A stretch of DNA of 64,000 nt from Candidatus Multivoradales bacterium (lineage in GTDB: Bacteria; Acidobacteriota; Thermoanaerobaculia; Multivoradales; JAHEKO01): assembly GCA_965212505.1 (NCBI GenBank), contig OZ243123.1:4944313-5008312 (forward strand), read 5' to 3'. This document shows, in pieces, positions 59,477 to 64,000 of the stretch. How positions within the stretch are numbered: the first letter of the stretch is position 1; each line of letters opens with the position of its first letter. Position numbers and translations under genes: made by a program. The notes below the pieces were generated by a model that was not told where the DNA came from, searched no databases, and saw nothing but the letters and a program-made list of their open reading frames with translations.

Positions 59477-59803
59477 ATGTCACTAGCTGAGAAGGACTGT
59501 ATCCCCTGCAAGGGCGGCGTCCCGCCCCTCAAAGGCGAAGAGCTCACGACTCTCGATGCGCAGCTCGGCAACGGTTGGCAGGTTGTGGATGAGCATCACC
59601 TCGTCAAGGAGTTCCGCTTCTCGAACTTCCAAGAGGCGATGGATTTCACGGTGAAGGTTGGCGAGCTCGCGGAAGAGGTGAATCACCACCCCGAGATCTG
59701 TGTCACGTGGGGTCGGGCCACCATCACGCTCTGGACGCACAAGATCGACGGTCTCACCGAGAGCGACTTCGTCTGGGCCGCCAAGGCCGACCAGCTCGTC
59801 TGA
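59477..59803 (+). CDS. phhB: Pterin-4-alpha-carbinolamine dehydratase
   Basis: Trimmed to ATG 59477 (GAGGAG RBS). …FRFSNFQEAMDFTVKVGELAEEVNHHPEICVTWGRATITLWTHKIDGLTESD matches the PCD/DCoH signature [EDKH]-x(3)-H-[HN]-P. Confidence 0.8.
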   Translation: MSLAEKDCIPCKGGVPPLKGEELTTLDAQLGNGWQVVDEHHLVKEFRFSNFQEAMDFTVKVGELAEEVNHHPEICVTWGRATITLWTHKIDGLTESDFVWAAKADQLV

Positions 59804-59877
59804 CCTCCTGGGCCGCCCCTCAACCGGCTGCCGCTGAGGGTAAAGCTCTCGTGCCGCGCTACTTATAGCCGGCCGTC

Positions 59878-59930
59878 GATTTGTTTGAGGGTCGCCGCGA
59901 CAGCGACTACACTCAGCCCTCATACAAATC
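59878..59930. promoter_or_regulatory. 14-nt inverted repeat (GATTTGTTTGAGGG…CCCTCATACAAATC) with 25-nt spacer in the leader of the nuclease gene
   Basis: Read directly. One mismatch between arms. Lies 60 nt upstream of the ATG at 59991. Could be an RNA hairpin or a protein operator. Confidence 0.3.
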
Positions 59931-59990
59931 AGGTGTGGGTGCGAGAACCGTCGTCGACCGGTGAGCGGCCGGCGTGAGGGAGGAGGTCAG

Positions 59991-62900
59991 ATGTTTAGGG
60001 ATTGGAATCGCGTTGTAGGGCGTGCTGTCTTCGGGACGCTCGGAATTTGGATGGCGATGACCGGTGCGGCCTGGGCGGCCGGCGTCGGAGATGTCGTCAT
60101 CAACGAGATCATTCAGAACCCGAGCGCCGTCGGCGATAGCGACGGCGAGTGGTTCGAAGTGACAAACACGAGCGGTGTGGCCATCGATATCAACGGCTGG
60201 ACCATTCAAGACAACGACACCGACAGCCACGTGATCACCAACGGGGGTCCGCTCATGGTTCCCTCGAGTGGCTTCCTGGTGCTAGCAGACAACGGCGACG
60301 CGGGCGCCAACGGTGGCGTGACCGTCGACTATGTCTACAGCGGCATCACACTCGCCAACTCGAGCGACGAGCTGGTGTTGCTCGACAACGTGCTGGCCGA
60401 GATCGATCGCGTCGAGTGGGACGACGGTGCAACCTTCCCCGATCCGAACGGCGCGACCATGGCGTTGAGTGATCCGGCTCTCGACAACAACGTCGGCACC
60501 AACTGGTGCGAGGGTGCGACGCCGTTTGGCGACGGCGACCTCGGCACTCCCGGTGCGGCCAACGACTGCGGTGGCGGTCCGGTCGAGATCGTGATCAACG
60601 AGATCATCCAGAACCCGGACGCCGTCAGCGATGGCAACGGTGAGTGGTTCGAGGTCTTCAATCCGGGCGCTTCGGACGTCGACATCGAAGGTTGGACGAT
60701 TCAGGACAACGACTCCGACAGCCACGTGATCGCCAACGGCGGACCGCTCCTGGTTCCGGCCGGTGGGTTCGCGGTGCTGGGCGTCGACGGCGATCCGGGC
60801 ACCAACGGTGGTGTCACGGTCGACTACGTCTTCTCGAGCGTCTTCCTGAGCAATAGCTCCGACGAGTTGGTACTGCTCGATGGCGACCTCAACGAGATGG
60901 ACCGCGTCGAGTGGGACGACGGCGCAACCTTCCCCGACCCGACCGGCGCCTCGATGGCGTTGATCGATCCGGCGCTCGACAACAATGTCGGTGCCAACTG
61001 GTGCGAGGCGATCTCGCCCTTTGGCGACGGCGACCTCGGGACTCCTGGAGCTGCCAACGACTGTGGCGGCGATCCGGTCGAAGAGATCGTGATCAACGAG
61101 ATCGTGCAGAACCCTGACGCGGTTGGCGACGCTGACGGCGAGTGGTTCGAGGTCCACAACCCCGGAGCGACGGACGTCGACATCGATGGTTGGACCATCG
61201 AAGACAACGGCTCCGATAGCCACGTGATCACCAACGGTGGCCCGCTGCTGGTTGCGGCGGGCGGCTTCCTGGTGCTCGCCGACAATGGCGACGCGGGCCT
61301 CAACGGTGGGGTCACGGTCGACTACGTCTACTCAGGGATCACCCTGGCCAACGGAGACGACGAGTTGGTGCTCCTCGACGGAGACCTCAACGAGATCGAT
61401 CGCGTCGAGTACGACGGCGGGCCGAACTTCCCGGATCCGACCGGCGCCTCGATGTCGCTGATCGACCCGAGTCTCGACAACAACGTCGGTACGAACTGGT
61501 GCGAAGCCTCGACGCCCTTCGGCGACGGCGACCTCGGTACGCCGGGCGCGGCCAACGACTGTGTGCTCACCGCCGGTGAGCTGGTGATCAACGAGATCGA
61601 CTACGACCAGGACGGCACCGACGCCGCCGAGTTCGTCGAGCTCAAGAACGTCGGCGCGGGTCCGGTCGATCTGACCGGCTTTGCCCTCGAGTTCGTCAAC
61701 GGCTCGAGTGTGACGGTCTACGACACCATCGCGCTGCCGTCGGTCATGCTGGCCGCGGGTGACTACTACGTGGTGTGCGCCAACGCCGCCACGGTTTTCG
61801 ACTGCGACCTCGACGACGGGCCCGACACCAACTTCATTCAAAACGGTGCACCCGACGCGGTGGCCCTGATGTTCGGCGGCTCGATTGTCGACACGGTGAG
61901 CTACGAAGGTGACGTTGCCGGCTTCGTCGAAGGCTCGGGCTCTGGGCTCGAGGACGACTCGAACGACGACAACAGCGGCATCTCCCGTTTCCCCGACGGC
62001 GTCGATACCGACATGAACAACCTCGATCTCAGCCCGCGTTGCATCACGCCGGGCGCAGCGAACTCGTCGGCCGACACGAGCTGTCCGGTACCGGGTCCGC
62101 CGCAACTGGTGATCAACGAGATCGACTACGACCAACCGAGTGGCGACACCGCGGAGTTTGTGGAGATCTTCAACGCCGGCAACGGCGACGCCGATCTCAC
62201 CGGTGTGACGCTGGAACTGGTCAACGGCAACGACAACCTGCCGTACGACACGGTCGCTCTGCCGGCAATGACGCTGGCTTCGGGTGACTACTTCGTCGTC
62301 TGCGCCGACGCCCTAGTGGTGCCGGAGTGCGACCTCGAGGGCTTCAGCTCGATCCAGAACGGTGCGCCGGATGCCGTCGCCCTGATGTTCGAGGGCGGCA
62401 TTGTCGATACGGTCAGCTACGAAGGTGACGTTGTCGGCTTCGTCGAGGGCTCGGGTGTGGGTCTCGAAGACCCCGCCAGCGAGGACAACCGCGGCATCTC
62501 CCGCGTTCCGAACGGCGTCGATACCGACATGAACAACGTCGACCTGACGCTCGTCTGCGTCACTCCGGGGCGCGCGAACAGCTCGGTGGTCACCGGCTGC
62601 GGTCCGCAGGGTCCGATCTTCGAGATCTGGGCGCTTCAGGGCAGCGGCACAGTGATCAACTTCGAGGACGAAACGGTGACCACGGTCGACAATGTGGTCA
62701 CGGCGGTCGGCCTCGACGGCTTCTTCATTCAGACGCCGGATGCACGCACGGATGGCGACGTCGACACCTCCGACGGCATCTTCGTCTTCACCGGTGGTGC
62801 ACCGACGGTCGCCGAGGGTGACCATGTCGACGTCACCGGCACCGCGGAGGAGTTCTTCGACTTCTCCGAGCTTGGCGACTTCCCGTCGGTCACGGTCACC

Positions 62901-64000
62901 AGTTCGGGCAATCCGCTGCCGGCGATCGTCACGTTCGACGCCGCGACACCGTCGCCGGATCCGACCGCGCCGAGTTGCGCGATCGAGTTCGAGTGTTACG
63001 AGGGCATGCTGGTCGAGATCATTGGCGGCTCGGTGACCGGGCCCAACCAGGGCTTCGGTACCGACCCGATCGCCGAGGTGCACATCACCGCGGCGCCCAT
63101 GCGGACCTTCCGCGAGCCGGGCATCGAGTTCCCGGGCGAGGTGGGCTTCCCGGTTTGGGACGGTAACCCCGAGGTCTTCGAGCTCGACCCAGACGCTCTC
63201 GGACTGCCGAACGACATCATCCCGGGTGGTTCGAGTTTCGACGCTCAGGGTGTGATCGGGTTCGAGTTCGGTGGCTATGAGCTCTTCCCGAAGTCGCTCA
63301 CGGTGACGCCGGCAACGGTTCCCGATCCGGTTCGTCCACGTGAGGTCGGTGAGTTCACGGTCGGTTCGCTCAACCTCTTCCGCCTGTTCGACGACGTCGA
63401 CGACCCGTCGGACGTCAATTTCTTCGGTGACACCCGCAACGACACGGTCGTCGACGCGGCCGAGTACGCGCGGCGGCGGGCGAAGTTCGCCAGCTACATC
63501 GTCGACGTACTCGACTCGCCGGACATTCTGGCGGTGCAGGAGGCTGAGAAGCTGGGGGTCCTCGAGGATCTCGCGGCCGACATCACCGCGCTCGACGCGA
63601 CGGTGGTCTATACGGCCCACCTGATCGAGGGCAACGACATCGGTACGATCGATGTCGGCTTCCTCGTGCGCGACACCGTGGTGGTTGATGCGGTCACGCA
63701 GCTCGGTCTGACCGAGACCTACATCAATCCGGTCGACGGCCAGCCGGCCGTGCTCAACGATCGGCCGCCGCTTCAGATCGACGCGCGCTGTCAGATCGAC
63801 GGCGTCGAGACCCCGGTCACCGCGATCGTGGTCCACGGCCGCTCACTGAGCGGTATCGACGACGCCGACGGTCGCGTGCGTAGGAAGCGCTTCGAGCAGG
63901 CGCAATCGATCGCGCAGAAGATGCAGGATCTGCAGGTCGCCAATCCGCTCATCAATCTGATCGTGCTCGGAGACTTCAACGGCTTCGAGTTCACCGACGG
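59991..64000 (+). CDS. ExeM/NucH-type extracellular endonuclease with five N-terminal lamin-tail domains; 3' end beyond window
   Basis: ATG 59991 with GGGAGGAGG RBS. Signal peptide MFRDWNRVVGRAVFGTLGIWMAMTGAAWA. Frame translated codon by codon and found open to position 64000 (absent from the track because no stop). Three LTD copies (VINEIIQNP…GEWFEV…GWTIQDND…) and two of a second LTD type (LVINEIDYDQ…AEFVE…). ExeM-like IFEIWALQGSG…GFFIQTP…SDGIFVF. EEP nuclease motifs VGSLNLFRLFD and ILAVQEAE. Confidence 0.75.
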   Translation, partial: MFRDWNRVVGRAVFGTLGIWMAMTGAAWAAGVGDVVINEIIQNPSAVGDSDGEWFEVTNTSGVAIDINGWTIQDNDTDSHVITNGGPLMVPSSGFLVLADNGDAGANGGVTVDYVYSGITLANSSDELVLLDNVLAEIDRVEWDDGATFPDPNGATMALSDPALDNNVGTNWCEGATPFGDGDLGTPGAANDCGGGPVEIVINEIIQNPDAVSDGNGEWFEVFNPGASDVDIEGWTIQDNDSDSHVIANGGPLLVPAGGFAVLGVDGDPGTNGGVTVDYVFSSVFLSNSSDELVLLDGDLNEMDRVEWDDGATFPDPTGASMALIDPALDNNVGANWCEAISPFGDGDLGTPGAANDCGGDPVEEIVINEIVQNPDAVGDADGEWFEVHNPGATDVDIDGWTIEDNGSDSHVITNGGPLLVAAGGFLVLADNGDAGLNGGVTVDYVYSGITLANGDDELVLLDGDLNEIDRVEYDGGPNFPDPTGASMSLIDPSLDNNVGTNWCEASTPFGDGDLGTPGAANDCVLTAGELVINEIDYDQDGTDAAEFVELKNVGAGPVDLTGFALEFVNGSSVTVYDTIALPSVMLAAGDYYVVCANAATVFDCDLDDGPDTNFIQNGAPDAVALMFGGSIVDTVSYEGDVAGFVEGSGSGLEDDSNDDNSGISRFPDGVDTDMNNLDLSPRCITPGAANSSADTSCPVPGPPQLVINEIDYDQPSGDTAEFVEIFNAGNGDADLTGVTLELVNGNDNLPYDTVALPAMTLASGDYFVVCADALVVPECDLEGFSSIQNGAPDAVALMFEGGIVDTVSYEGDVVGFVEGSGVGLEDPASEDNRGISRVPNGVDTDMNNVDLTLVCVTPGRANSSVVTGCGPQGPIFEIWALQGSGTVINFEDETVTTVDNVVTAVGLDGFFIQTPDARTDGDVDTSDGIFVFTGGAPTVAEGDHVDVTGTAEEFFDFSELGDFPSVTVTSSGNPLPAIVTFDAATPSPDPTAPSCAIEFECYEGMLVEIIGGSVTGPNQGFGTDPIAEVHITAAPMRTFREPGIEFPGEVGFPVWDGNPEVFELDPDALGLPNDIIPGGSSFDAQGVIGFEFGGYELFPKSLTVTPATVPDPVRPREVGEFTVGSLNLFRLFDDVDDPSDVNFFGDTRNDTVVDAAEYARRRAKFASYIVDVLDSPDILAVQEAEKLGVLEDLAADITALDATVVYTAHLIEGNDIGTIDVGFLVRDTVVVDAVTQLGLTETYINPVDGQPAVLNDRPPLQIDARCQIDGVETPVTAIVVHGRSLSGIDDADGRVRRKRFEQAQSIAQKMQDLQVANPLINLIVLGDFNGFEFTD
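60099..61579 (+). repeat. Three diverged tandem DNA repeats (period 495/498 bp) encoding lamin-tail domains 1-3
   Basis: Unit starts (ATCAACGAGATC…) at 60099, 60594 and 61092. About 75-85% nt identity by eye. Confidence 0.7.
61580..62629 (+). repeat. Two tandem DNA repeats (period 525 bp) encoding lamin-tail domains 4-5
   Basis: CTGGTGATCAACGAGATCGACTACGACCA at 61580 and 62105. Both units end with …TPG(A/R)ANSS. Confidence 0.7.

Noticed and set aside
60282-63836. Minus-strand ORFs 60282..61223, 61332..62135, 62313..63836
   Set aside because: Antisense to the continuous plus-strand nuclease frame, which carries recognisable LTD and EEP motifs.

Overview
High-GC (about 68-70% by eye, strong GC3 bias) bacterial chromosomal window, densely coding on both strands and rich in Sec/Tat-secreted proteins, lipoproteins and peptidases. 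Housekeeping anchors: rpsU-mutS2-dnaG-rpoD (macromolecular-synthesis operon with mutS2 inserted and an intrinsic terminator after rpsU), yggS-yggT, hutI, a DEAD-box helicase, tRNA-Met(CAT), tRNA-Asn(GTT) and phhB. Accessory content: (i) a co-directional four-gene extracytoplasmic proteolytic operon (M14 carboxypeptidase, beta-helix protein, Xaa-Pro aminopeptidase, ~1150-aa TM/PDZ-like/TPR/CHAT caspase-like protein) flanked by a divergent ATG-less sigma-like/anti-sigma-like gene pair; (ii) a secreted matrixin + Tat-HAF-repeat operon; (iii) an ion-channel cluster (TMEM175-like DUF1211 plus Kv/RCK channel); (iv) a Wzm/Wzt ABC-2 exporter translationally coupled to TPR and CRTAC1/ASPIC-UnbV proteins; (v) two lower-GC islets (lipoprotein/small membrane protein pair; lipase class 3 gene); (vi) a small ORF + AbiEii-like nucleotidyltransferase translationally chained to yggS-yggT; (vii) a 3'-truncated ExeM/NucH-type extracellular nuclease with five tandem lamin-tail domains encoded by ~0.5 kb tandem DNA repeats. 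No CRISPR array, transposase or integrase was seen. Many genes use GTG/TTG starts and 4-nt GTGA/ATGA start-stop overlaps. Several long ORFs in the supplied track are antisense artefacts of high GC.
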